DNA of 64,000 nt from Azolla caroliniana (taxonomy: Eukaryota > Plantae > Polypodiophyta). The position numbers and the translations under genes are program-made. Location: positions 7,812,001 to 7,876,000 of the forward strand of contig JBHGNT010000022.1 of assembly GCA_043228905.1 (NCBI GenBank). Reading direction: 5' to 3'. Within the stretch, counting starts at the first letter, position 1. Every line of letters starts with the position of its first letter. This document shows, piece by piece, positions 1 through 11,997 of this stretch. The notes under the pieces were generated by a model. It saw nothing but the letters and a program-made list of their open reading frames with translations, was not told where the DNA came from and made no database searches.

Positions 1-3000
1 AGTACCCAAAGAGCAGCCATTGAAAGGGGAGGCTAAGTTAATTAGGCCTCAATTAGTTTCAGTCAAAGTATTTCACATAGCATTCATAGCTTCTGCAACT
101 CAATCATGTATTTCGTTTAATTGGTTTTAAATTATGTTTTCACTAGCCATGAACATGAAAGTTAATATGAAAGTGCAGCCCAAGGATATGAGTAGCTATG
201 GTAGGCAAGAATACACACAGAAAAATGTATCTACAAACATCTATTCTTTTGAAAATGTTGTAGTCTTCTCTTTTCAATATTCTCTTTTTAGTTCTAGTCT
301 TAGTATGAATTTAAGTTCTAGTCTTGCTTAGTTTATTAGTAATTGAGTACCCAAAGAGCAGCCATTGAAAGGGGAGGCTAATTTAATTAGGCCTCAATTA
401 GTTTCAGTCAAAGTATTTCACATAGCATTCATAGCTTCTGCAACTCAATCATGTATTTCGTTTAATTGGTTTTAAATTATGTTTTCACTAGCCATGAACA
501 TGAAAGTTAATATGAAAGTGCAGCCCAAGGATATGAGTAGCTATGGTAGGCAAGAATACACACAGAAAAATGTATCTACAAACATCTATTCTTTTGAAAA
601 TGTTGTAGTCTTCTCTTTTCAATATTCTCTTTTCAGTTCTAGTCTTAGTATGAATGTAAGTTCTAGTCTTGGTTAGTTTATTAGTAATTGAGTACCCAAA
701 GAGCAGCCATTAAAAGCGGAGGCTAATTCAATTAAGCTTCAATTAGTTTCAGTTAGAGTATTTCACATGGCATTAATAGTTTGTGCAGCTCAATCATGTA
801 TTTCGCTAAATTGGTTTTAAATTATGTTTTTCACTTGCCATGAACATGAAGGTTAATATGAAAGTGCAGCCCAAGGATATGAGTAGTTATCGTAGGACCG
901 AATACACACAGAAAAATGTATCTACAAACATCTATTCTTTTGAAAATGTTGTCGTCTTCTCTTTTCAATATTCTCTTTTCAGTTCTAGTCTGAGTATGAA
1001 TTTAAATTCTAGTCTTGGTTGGTTTATTAGTAATTGAGTACCCAAAGAACAGCCATTGAAAGGGGAAGCTAATTCAGTTAAGCTTCAATTAGTTTCAGTT
1101 AGAGTATTTCACATGGCATTAATATTTTGTGCAGCTCAATCATGTATTTCGCTAAATTGGTTTTAAATTATGTTTTTCACTTGCCATGAACATGAAGGTT
1201 AATATGAAAGTGCAACCCAAGGATATGAGTAGCTATGGTAGGCGAGAATACACACAGAAAAATGTATCTACAAACATCTATTCTTTTGAAAATGTTGTCG
1301 TCTTCTCTTTTCAATATTCTCTTTTCAGTTCTAGTCTTAGTATGAGTTTTACTTCTAGTCTTGGTTAGTTTATTAGTAATTGAGTACCCAAAGAGAAGCC
1401 ATTAAAAGGGGAGGCTAATTCAATTAAGCTTCAATTAGTTTTAGTTAGAGTATTTTAAATGGCATTCATAGCTTGTGGAGCTCAATCATGTATTTCGTTT
1501 AATTGGTTTTAAATTATGTTTTCACTAGCCATGAACATTCAGGTTAATATGAAAGTGCACCCCAAGGATATGATTAGCTATGGTAGGCAAGAATACTCAC
1601 AGAAAAATGTATCTAGCAACATCTATTCTTTTGAAAATGTTGTAGTCTTCTCTTTTCAATATTCTCTTTTTAGTTCTAGTCTTAGTATGAATTTAAGTTC
1701 TAGTCTTGCTTAGTTTATTAGTAATTGAGTACCCAAAGAGCAGCCATTGAAAGGGGAGGCTAAGTTAATTAGGCCTCAATTAGTTTCAGTCAAAGTATTT
1801 CACATAGCATTCATAGCTTCTGCAACTCAATCATGTATTTCGTTTAATTGGTTTTAAATTATGTTTTCACTAGCCATGAACATGAAAGTTAATATGAAAG
1901 TGCAGCCCAAGGATATGAGTAGCTATGGTAGGCAAGAATACACACAGAAAAATGTATCTACAAACATCTATTCTTTTGAAAATGTTGTAGTCTTCTCTTT
2001 TCAATATTCTCTTTTTAGTTCTAGTCTTAGTATGAATTTAAGTTCTAGTCTTGCTTAGTTTATTAGTAATTGAGTACCCAAAGAGCAGCCATTGAAAGGG
2101 GAGGCTAATTTAATTAGGCCTCAATTAGTTTCAGTCAAAGTATTTCACATAGCATTCATAGCTTCTGCAACTCAATCATGTATTTCGTTTAATTGGTTTT
2201 AAATTATGTTTTCACTAGCCATGAACATGAAAGTTAATATGAAAGTGCAGCCCAAGGATATGAGTAGCTATGGTAGGCAAGAATACACACAGAAAAATGT
2301 ATCTACAAACATCTATTCTTTTGAAAATGTTGTAGTCTTCTCTTTTCAATATTCTCTTTTCAGTTCTAGTCTTAGTATGAATGTAAGTTCTAGTCTTGGT
2401 TAGTTTATTAGTAATTGAGTACCCAAAGAGCAGCCATTAAAAGCGGAGGCTAATTCAATTAAGCTTCAATTAGTTTCAGTTAGAGTATTTCACATGGCAT
2501 TAATAGTTTGTGCAGCTCAATCATGTATTTCGCTAAATTGGTTTTAAATTATGTTTTTCACTTGCCATGAACATGAAGGTTAATATGAAAGTGCAGCCCA
2601 AGGATATGAGTAGTTATCGTAGGACCGAATACACACAGAAAAATGTATCTACAAACATCTATTCTTTTGAAAATGTTGTCGTCTTCTCTTTTCAATATTC
2701 TCTTTTCAGTTCTAGTCTGAGTATGAATTTAAATTCTAGTCTTGGTTGGTTTATTAGTAATTGAGTACCCAAAGAACAGCCATTGAAAGGGGAAGCTAAT
2801 TCAGTTAAGCTTCAATTAGTTTCAGTTAGAGTATTTCACATGGCATTAATATTTTGTGCAGCTCAATCATGTATTTCGCTAAATTGGTTTTAAATTATGT
2901 TTTTCACTTGCCATGAACATGAAGGTTAATATGAAAGTGCAACCCAAGGATATGAGTAGCTATGGTAGGCGAGAATACACACAGAAAAATGTATCTACAA

Positions 3001-5782
3001 ACATCTATTCTTTTGAAAATGTTGTCGTCTTCTCTTTTCAATATTCTCTTTTCAGTTCTAGTCTTAGTATGAGTTTTACTTCTAGTCTTGGTTAGTTTAT
3101 TAGTAATTGAGTACCCAAAGAGAAGCCATTAAAAGGGGAGGCTAATTCAATTAAGCTTCAATTAGTTTTAGTTAGAGTATTTTAAATGGCATTCATAGCT
3201 TGTGGAGCTCAATCATGTATTTCGTTTAATTGGTTTTAAATTATGTTTTCACTAGCCATGAACATTCAGGTTAATATGAAAGTGCACCCCAAGGATATGA
3301 TTAGCTATGGTAGGCAAGAATACTCACAGAAAAATGTATCTAGCAACATCTATTCTTTTGAAAATGTTGTAGTCTTCTCTTTTCAATATTCTCTTTTTAG
3401 TTCTAGTCTTAGTATGAATTTAAGTTCTAGTCTTGCTTAGTTTATTAGTAATTGAGTACCCAAAGAGCAGCCATTGAAAGGGGAGGCTAAGTTAATTAGG
3501 CCTCAATTAGTTTCAGTCAAAGTATTTCACATAGCATTCATAGCTTCTGCAACTCAATCATGTATTTCGTTTAATTGGTTTTAAATTATGTTTTCACTAG
3601 CCATGAACATGAAAGTTAATATGAAAGTGCAGCCCAAGGATATGAGTAGCTATGGTAGGCAAGAATACACACAGAAAAATGTATCTACAAACATCTATTC
3701 TTTTGAAAATGTTGTAGTCTTCTCTTTTCAATATTCTCTTTTTAGTTCTAGTCTTAGTATGAATTTAAGTTCTAGTCTTGCTTAGTTTATTAGTAATTGA
3801 GTACCCAAAGAGCAGCCATTGAAAGGGGAGGCTAATTTAATTAGGCCTCAATTAGTTTCAGTCAAAGTATTTCACATAGCATTCATAGCTTCTGCAACTC
3901 AATCATGTATTTCGTTTAATTGGTTTTAAATTATGTTTTCACTAGCCATGAACATGAAAGTTAATATGAAAGTGCAGCCCAAGGATATGAGTAGCTATGG
4001 TAGGCAAGAATACACACAGAAAAATGTATCTACAAACATCTATTCTTTTGAAAATGTTGTAGTCTTCTCTTTTCAATATTCTCTTTTCAGTTCTAGTCTT
4101 AGTATGAATGTAAGTTCTAGTCTTGGTTAGTTTATTAGTAATTCAGTACCCAAAGAGCAGCCATTGAAAGCGGAGGCTAATTCAATTAAGCTTCAATTAG
4201 TTTCAGTTAGAGTATTTCACATGGCATTAATAGTTTGTGCAGCTCAATCATGTATTTCGCTAAATTGGTTTTAAATTATGTTTTTCACTTGCCATGAACA
4301 TGAAGGTTAATATGAAAGTGCAGCCCAAGGATATGAGTAGCTATGGTAGGACAGAATACACACAGAAAAATGTATCTACAAACATCTATTCTTTTGAAAA
4401 TGTTGTCGTCTTCTCTTTTCAATATTCTCGTTTCAGTTCTAGTCTTATTATGAATTTAAGTTCTAGTCTTGGTTAGTTTATTAGTAATTGAGTACCCAGA
4501 GAGCAGCCATTGAAAGGGGAGGCTAATTTAATTAAGCTTCAATTAGTTTCAGTCAGAGTATTTGACATAGCATTAATAGCTTCTGCAGCTCAATCATATA
4601 TTTCGTTTAATTGGTTTTAAATTATGGTTTCACTAGCCATGAACATGAAGGTTAATATGAAAGTGCAGCCCAAGGATATGAGTAGCTATGGTAGGCAAAA
4701 TACACACAGAAAAATGTATCTACAAATATCTATTCTATTGAAAATGTTGTAGTCTTCTCTTTTCAATTTTCTCTTTTCAGTTCTAGTCTTAGTATGAATT
4801 TAAGTTCTAGTCTTGGTTAGTTTATTAGTAATTGAGTACCCAAAGAGCAGCCATTGAAAGGGAAGGCTAATTCAATTAAGCTTCAATTAGTTTCTGTTAG
4901 AGTATTTAACATGCCATTCATAGCTTGTGCAGCTCAATCATGAATTTCGCTAAATTGGTTTTAAATTATGTTTTTCACTTGCCATGAACATGTAGGTTAA
5001 TATGAAAGTGCAACCCAAGGATATGAGTAGCTATGGTAGGCGAGAATACACACAGAAAAATGTATCTACAAACATCTATTCTTTTGAAAATGTTGTAGTC
5101 TTCTCTTTTCAATATTCTCTTTTCAGTTCTAGTCTTAGTATGAATGTAAGTTCTAGTCTTGGTTAGTTTATTAGTAATTGAGTACCCAAAGAGCAGCCAT
5201 GGAAAGGGGAGGTTAATTCAGTTAAGCTTCAATTAGTTTCAGTTAGAGTATTTCACATGGCATTCATAGCTTGTGCAGCCCAATCATGTATTTCGCTAAA
5301 TTGGTTTTAAATTATGTTTTCCACTTGCCATGAACATGAAGGTTAATATGAAAGTGCAGCCCAAGGATATGAGTAGCTATGGTAGGCAAGAATACACAGA
5401 GAAAAATGTATCTACAAATATTTATTCTTTTCAAAATGTTGTAGTCTTCTCTTTTCAATATTGTTTTTTCAGTTCTAGTCTTAGTATGAATTTAAGTTCT
5501 AGTCTTGGTTAGTTTATTAGTAATTGAGTACCCAAAGAGCAGCCATTGGAAGGGGAGGGTAATTCAATTAAGCTTCAATTAGTTTCAGTTAGAGTATTTC
5601 ACATGGCATTCATAGCTTGTGCATCTCAATCATGTATTTCGTTTAATTGGTTTTAAATTATGTTTTCACCAGCCATGAACATGAAGGTTAATATGAAAGT
5701 GGAGCCCAAGGATATGAGTAGCTATGGTAGGCAAGAATACACATAGGAAAATGTATCTACAAACATCTATTCTTTTGAAAAT
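1..5782. repeat. 345/346-bp satellite array (~16.7 monomers, runs off the left edge) with a 5-monomer 1727-bp higher-order repeat
   Basis: Monomer start AGTACCCAAAGAGCAGCCATT recurs at 1, 346, 691, 1037, 1383, 1728 etc. Identical ORF-track variants recur at +1727 (134/1861/3588; 479/2206/3933; 840/2567; 1186/2913; 1516/3243). Confidence 0.98.
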
Positions 5783-5895
5783 CTATTGAAAACTGTATAA
5801 GATGTAGTATGTATCACATATTAATAGACCCACTAATTTAGTATTTTCTAAATATCTATATTCTATTGATTTGTAGAACATAAAGACTTAGGAAA

Positions 5896-8641
5896 ATGCC
5901 CGCTATTAAGAACAAATATTGGGATATCTATTGTTTCAATGTCACAAGAAGTTAGAGAGGAAATAGAAGTTGTAATTGTAAATTTTGCAACAAACATATG
6001 GACGGGTCAGCAACACGAATGATTGCTCATTTAATCGGAAAACCTAGCCATGGAGTAACGAAATGTATCAATGTTCCCAAGGAATTCTTGATTGACCTCA
6101 CATCTTTATATGGTAATTGTGGAACTCAAACAATTGGTGGAGAAGAAGATATAGTTGCCTGAACAAGGTATTGACAAGAGCCTACATTAGGTGTCATCAT
6201 TAATAATGGCCAAATAATTGTAAATGATTTATCTTGAAATGTTTTCTCTTTTAGGTGTTTCTACCTCAAGCTCATGTACCTTTGTTGGGGAAAGTGAAAG
6301 CATGTCATGTATGGGTGGTGGTAGTCACCAACCATATTCACCAGCAATGATAACGAAACAACAATCATTGCGTAAAGGACATGTGTTACAAATGCAAAGG
6401 AAACAACATGCAAATGTTACGAACGTGAGATGTATCATTGAAGCAAATTTGTCATTTAATCTACTAAAGAAACCATGTTGGCGGAACATGTTAGAAGCTT
6501 TCTCTACAATTGGAGAGAAACATAGTGGAGTCACATATAATTACATGAGGACGAAAGGCTTGAAAAATGAGGTTATATCCTTGCAAGGAAAGTTAGAAAG
6601 GGTAAGAGGATTATGGCCCAAGTATGGTTGTTCTATACTAACAGATGGATGGGTTGATGTTTCTCATAGGCAACTTGTAAATGTCCTCGTATCATCTTGG
6701 TATGGGACAATGTTCCTCAAGTCCATTGATTGCAGCCATGCTAATACAACACCAATAGCTAATAGCTCTTGGTTAGCTGAAAGAATTTCAGAGGCAATTA
6801 GAGAGGTTGGTAAGGAAAATGTGGTCCAAGTCATTTCAGACAATGCATCTAGTTGTGTCTGCATGGGGTCTTTGCTAGAATCAGAGTTCCCTAATATTGT
6901 TTGGACTCCATGTGCAACACATTCTTTGGATCTGCTTTTGGAGGACATTGGTCAGTTGCCTTGGATGAAAAGTATTATGATGGAAGCAAATACTATTGTA
7001 TGTTTTTTTTGCAAGAAGAGGAATGCTAGGAAATTTTTTTCGGCTCACAGTAACCTCGCCATCTTGAGACCTTCCAAGACAAGGTTTGGTGTGATGTATC
7101 TTGTCGTACAACGTTTGCTCAAAGTTTGGCATCCTCTTGAGCAAATAGTGGTGAGTGACATGTGGAGGTCTTGGTTAGATTGCAATAAGCCAGATGCAAT
7201 GAATGTAAAGAACTACATCCTTGGTCCTACTACTGAGTCCTCGTTTCAAGTTGTTTTGACCCTAATGGCACCATTGTATAGTGTTTTACGACTTACTGAT
7301 AGGGAGGGATCCACTATTGGATTGTTATATGAGTTTATGCGAAGAAGCAAAGATATTTTAGCAAAAGGAGTGGAAGAAAACATCCCCCACAAATCCAAGT
7401 AAGTTTCATATTTATTTTAATTTGTTATGGTTTCCTAAAATTAAACCTTCAATTGTTTGTTCATGTTTTAAGATTGATTCATTTGTAAAACCCTTTTAGG
7501 TATGAGGATGTTTTGAAGTTATTTGCTATACGATGGAAATGGTTCAAGAGGCCAATCCACCTTGTAGCTCATTTGTTACATCCGATATGGAGAGAGGAGG
7601 CTACATTTATTAACCCTGAGTTAATGGATGCATGGATGAGTTATGTGGAAAAATTGTACTCGACACTTGAATGTGATATCTTATTTCGTGAATTGCATGA
7701 ATATCGGAATGGTACAGGGACATTTAGTTATGCATTAGCACGTGAGGAGAGATCTATGATGACGCCAGTCACTTGGTGGGAAAATTTTGGTGGAAGAACT
7801 CCAAAGCTCCAAGCATTAGTTGTTCGCATATTATCCCAAGTGTCAAGTGTTGAAAAAATGATCAATTTTATAGTTAAGTTCTGAAATAGTTCACTTTTGT
7901 GTACTACATTTTATTTCATATTTTACTTTTTATTAGGATTGCTCTTCTGGGGCAGCGGAAAGGAATTGGAATGCACATGCTCTCGCACATACAAAAAATA
8001 GAAACAGACTAAAGGTAGCACAACTTGAACAATTGGTATATGTGCGAGAGAACTTACGACTAGTTCGCAAGTTTGAGACTGTGAATGCATCTCCAATGCA
8101 GGTATTGTTTTATTCATTCTTTTTATAATTTATATTCCTCAATATTCTTAAGTACTAATAATTAGTTTCTGCCATCGACACACTAGTTTGTGATACTTAG
8201 AAGTTAAAGCTTTTATAAACTTGTTTGCAGGTGAATCCAAATGAGATAGATGTCTCTAAGACTCCTGATATTCCATCTATTAGCCATGAAAATGATATGG
8301 ATAGAGAATTCTATGAAACTTATTTTCAAGAAACAATGAGCTTGAGAAGAAGGACAAGGAGCATGACAACATCACATATGACAACATCAAGCGATGGAGT
8401 CCCTACTAATCGAATACGAAGGCAAAGGCCAAGAAGAGATGATGAGCGGTCTTCTTATAATAGGAGAATAACACGATCAAGTACATTTGCTTCTTTACCA
8501 CTAGAAGATCAAGATAATGTCAATGCAATAGAAGAAGCAGTTCATACTAATTATGATGATCTTATGGACGAAGAACAAGTGTTGATGTCATCAACTAACA
8601 CAAAATCTGATGATGAAGATGGTGATGAGGACCAGATCTGA
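5896..8641 (+). mobile_element. hAT-superfamily transposase gene (BED finger + DUF659-type core + hATC dimerisation domain), 5 exons; exon 1 disrupted
   Basis: ATG 5896; BED-like W..CKFC..H..C with an in-frame TAG and a frameshift. GT-AG introns ~6168-6254, 7399-7499, 7840-7936, 8102-8230 join the ORFs in frame. Motifs ILTDGW, VISDNA, CATH, WWENFG and (after splicing) SQDCSSGAAERNW. Confidence 0.9.
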
Positions 8642-8879
8642 AGACAAATACTTCTAATTTCTATACGTTATTATTAAGCTCAATAACCTTATGTTACTTG
8701 TCTTTGATCTAAGCTCCATTTTGATACATTGGACATAGTTAGAGTTGTATCAATATCGTATTTTATTAAAGTAAAATTTTCATCATGTGGTTCTTTTTTA
8801 CCTTCATTTACTTTCATGGACCTTGCAATATTTGATGTTATGTCTTGTTAAGGTTTTTGCTCTAAATTTTCTTGTTAGA

Positions 8880-9150
8880 ATGCATTCTATTTCTTTGACC
8901 AAATGCAATGTGAGGGTATCTCAATGAATGGAATCACATTGGTGGGTCTATTGAAAGCTTGTTCCAATGTAGGATCTCTAGCCAAGTGTAAAGAAATTCA
9001 TGTCGAGGTTGCAAAGAAAGGGTTAGAAATAGAAGCTCTTGTGGTGCATTAAATGAAGCACAAGAAATGTTTGAGAGAAATTTGGTTCGAGATATAGTTT
9101 CATGGAGATCACTCATGGCGGGAATCGGGATATGCTGAACATGGACATAA
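8880..9150 (+). pseudogene. PLS-class PPR pseudogene fragment, 5' part (interrupted by the element at 9151)
   Basis: Hand translation gives FFDQMQCEGIS..ITLVGLLKACSNVGSL..KEIHVEVAKKGLE and EAQEMFE..RDIVSWRSLMAG..YAEHGH, typical PPR L/S/P motifs, with frameshifts. Confidence 0.8.
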
Positions 9151-10439
9151 TGTCATGATATGGCAAGACACGAACCCATGACCTTATGGTATATGGGTCG
9201 AGCTCTTAACCATCACACCATCTATTGTAATTCATAGGATATTATTTTCATTTATGTTTTACTATAAGAAAGTAATGTATATTCCAAATTTCTCTGGAAC
9301 ATTCTAGAAGTTTCAGGATTACTCCTGACAACACTATAAAAGAAGGCACTAGGCGTTATGTTGAACCAAATTGGTTCAACGCCAGTCTTAAGCCTCTCAG
9401 TCGCTTGTACTTATCTTTTCACATAAAATATTAGCTGTTGTCATCATCTTTCTCTCTCTCATCCTCGCTATCTCTCTCCTCTTCTCACTTCCTCTCTCGG
9501 GAATCTTACGCAATCCCGTCCTCTTAGTACTAATAGTACTTCTCTTCTTAGTACTAATTCCATCTCTGCTTTAGTGCTATTCCTGACATGGCAAGACTCG
9601 AACCCATGACCTTATGGTATATGGGTCGAGCTCTTAACCATCACACCATCTATTGTAATTCATAGGTTTTTTTTTATTTTTTATGTTTTATTATAAGAAA
9701 GTAATGTATATTCCAGATTTCTCTGAAACATTCTAGAAGTTTCAGGATTACTCCTGACAACACTATAAAAGAAGGCACTAGGTGTTATGTTGAACCAAAT
9801 TGGTTCAACGCCAATCTTAAGCCTCTCAGCCGCTTGTACTTATCTTTTCACATAATATATTTAGCTATTGTCATCGTCTTTCTCTCTCTCATCCTCGCTA
9901 TCTCTCTTTCTCTCTCGGGAATCTTACGCAGTCCCGTCCTCTTAGTACTAATAGTACTTCTCTTCTTAGTACTAATTCCATCTCTGCTTTAGTGCTATTC
10001 CTGACATGGCAAGACTCGAACCCATGACCTTATGGTATATGGGTCAAGCTCTTAACCATCACACCATCTATTGTAATTCATAAGATATTTTTTTTTTTAT
10101 GTTTTATTATAAGAAAGTAATGTATATTCCAGATTTCTCTGGAACATTCTAGAAGTTTCAGGATTACTCTTGACAACACTATAAAAGAAGGCACTAGGTG
10201 TTATGTTGAACCAAATTGGTTCAACGCCAGTCTTAAGCCTCTCAGCCGCTTGTAGTTATCTTTTCACATAATATATTAGCTATTGTCATCATCTTTCTCT
10301 CTCTCATCCTCGCTATCTCTCTCTCTCTCCTCTTCTCACTTCCTCTCTCGGGAATCTTACGCAGTCCCGTCCTCTTAGTACTAATAGTACTTCTCTTCTT
10401 AGTACTAATTCAATCTCTGCTTTAGTACTATTCCTGACA
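9151..10439 (+). repeat. Three head-to-tail LTR copies (9151-9588, 9589-10006, 10007-10439)
   Basis: Each unit ends TATTCCTGACA and contains TATAAAAG and the GTTGAACCAAATTGGTTCAAC palindrome. Confidence 0.95.
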
Positions 10440-10453
10440 GTTTGAACCAATTT
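10440..10453 (+). promoter_or_regulatory. Primer-binding site complementary to the LTR's own predicted +1 region (self-priming type)
   Basis: TTGAACCAATTT (10442-10453) follows the LTR end after GT and is the reverse complement of AAATTGGTTCAA in each LTR (e.g. 9368-9379). There is no TGG tRNA-type PBS. Confidence 0.8.
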
Positions 10454-10483
10454 TTCCTTTCCTCCTACCCTTTTCCCTATACT

Positions 10484-11552
10484 ATGGCTACTGTTAGCGC
10501 CCAAGAATATGAATCCGTTTTCTCCGAGTTACAATGCCTAAAAGAAAAGTTTGTTGCTCTGGAACAAGAAAACCAACGGTTGATAGGGGATCTGCAACAA
10601 ATCGCTCTCGAAAAACAACAAACGCAACAACAACATGGGGAGTTAGCATTACGGGTACAACAACTCGAAGCAACGTTGCAACTACAAGGATGAAGTCCCC
10701 AAGGATTTCATTTAAGAGCCCAATATTGGACTTCCTGTGAAATTTGATGGAACGCGATCGCAATTCTGGGGATTCCTTAATCAGGTACGCTTAGTCATCC
10801 AGATGCATCCTTCCCGATATCCCACTGATGCGTCTCGAGTCGGCCTAATAGGCACGTTACTTAGCGGCTCTGCCTTGGCATGGTTCGCTCAGCTTCTAGA
10901 AAAACAATCACCCTTGCTTAATAACTTTGAATATTTTATTGGTGAGTTTAAATCCTGCTTTGGAGATACTGACAGCATCAGGACGACGATGAAGAAGATC
11001 CGAAGATTGCGTCAAGGCGATCGTCCAGCCTCTGCCTACGCGGCGGATTTCCATCTACTCGCCTCAGATATTCCCTGGGATGATCAGGCCCTCATGAAGC
11101 AGTTTGGCTACGGCTTGCGCAATGATGTCAAAGATCTGCTTTTAACCTTCCCCGAAGAACCAAAGTCGCTTACGGAGGCAATCAGTCGAGCGGTCTGATG
11201 TGACAACCGCCTTTTCAAACGGCGTTCGGAGCGTCAGTTACAAATACCACGCTCTTGGCCGGAACCCACATACGCCTCAGTAACGGCTAAACCGTTTGCA
11301 CGCGATGTACCTCAAGCCAATATTCCGACACCGATGGAGATCGACACCATGCGTCAACACGGCCCGTTATCGGAAGAAGAAAAGCAACGACGACGTGCCA
11401 ATCGATTATCTCTTTATTGCGGTGGACCAAGGCATATCGCCATCAATTGTCCCCATAGGCCAAGAAGACAGGTAAATCAAATCATCGCTTGTACTAAAAC
11501 CGAGTCTATTCTTCCCTTCGGAGTGTCTGATAGTATTAATAGTACTAATAGA
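10484..11552 (+). pseudogene. gag: Degenerate Ty3/Gypsy gag (capsid + CCHC knuckle relic)
   Basis: KFDGTRSQFWGFLNQVRL..SRVGLIGTLLSGSALAWF..LRQGDRPASAYAADF; PMEID; RLSLYCGGPRHIAINCP; several stops. Confidence 0.9.
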
Positions 11553-11553
11553 C

Positions 11554-11997
11554 TGTCAGGAATAGTACTAAAGCAGAGATGGAATTAGTACTAAGAAGAG
11601 AAGTACTATTAGTACTAAGAGGACGGGATTGCGTAAGATTCCCGAGAGAGGAATTGAGAAGAGGAGAGAGAGAGAGATAGCGAGGATGAGAGAGAGAAAG
11701 ATGATGACAACAGCTAATATATTATTTGAAAAGATAAGTACAAGCGGCTGAGAGGCTTAAGACTGGCGTTGAACCAATTTGGTTCAACATAACGCCTAGT
11801 GCCTTCTTTTATAGTGTTGTCAGGAGTAATCCTGAAACTTCTAGAATGTTCCAGAGAAATCTGGAATATACATTACTTTCTTATAATAAAACATAAATGA
11901 AAATAATATCCTATGAATTACAATAGATGGTGTGATGGTTAAGAGCTCGACCCATATACCATAAGGTCATGGGTTCGAGTCTTGCCATATCATGACA
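11554..11997 (-). repeat. Inverted copy of the 9151 LTR
   Basis: TGTCAGGAATAGTACT...CATATCATGACA is the full-length reverse complement of the LTR. Confidence 0.95.

Larger units (their letters stand above)
9151..11997 (+). mobile_element. Ty3/Gypsy (chromovirus-like) gag-only element: three tandem LTRs + gag + inverted LTR, 5-bp TSD CATAA
   Basis: Starts TGTCATGATATGGCAAG and ends with its reverse complement CTTGCCATATCATGACA. CATAA at 9146-9150 and 11998-12002. PPR-like sequence resumes after it. Confidence 0.93.

Noticed and set aside
134-5512. Repeated 60-65 aa ORFs as a tandem small-peptide gene family
   Set aside because: They are by-products of the satellite monomer; indels and stops appear in edge copies and no domain is recognisable.
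1-5782. CRISPR array or 5S rDNA array
   Set aside because: No unique spacers, no cas genes, eukaryotic context; AT-rich monomer with no recognisable 5S sequence.
9151-11997. DIRS/tyrosine-recombinase element (inverted LTRs)
   Set aside because: TG..CA ends, a 5-bp TSD and Ty3-type gag point to DDE integrase insertion; no YR or internal complementary region seen.
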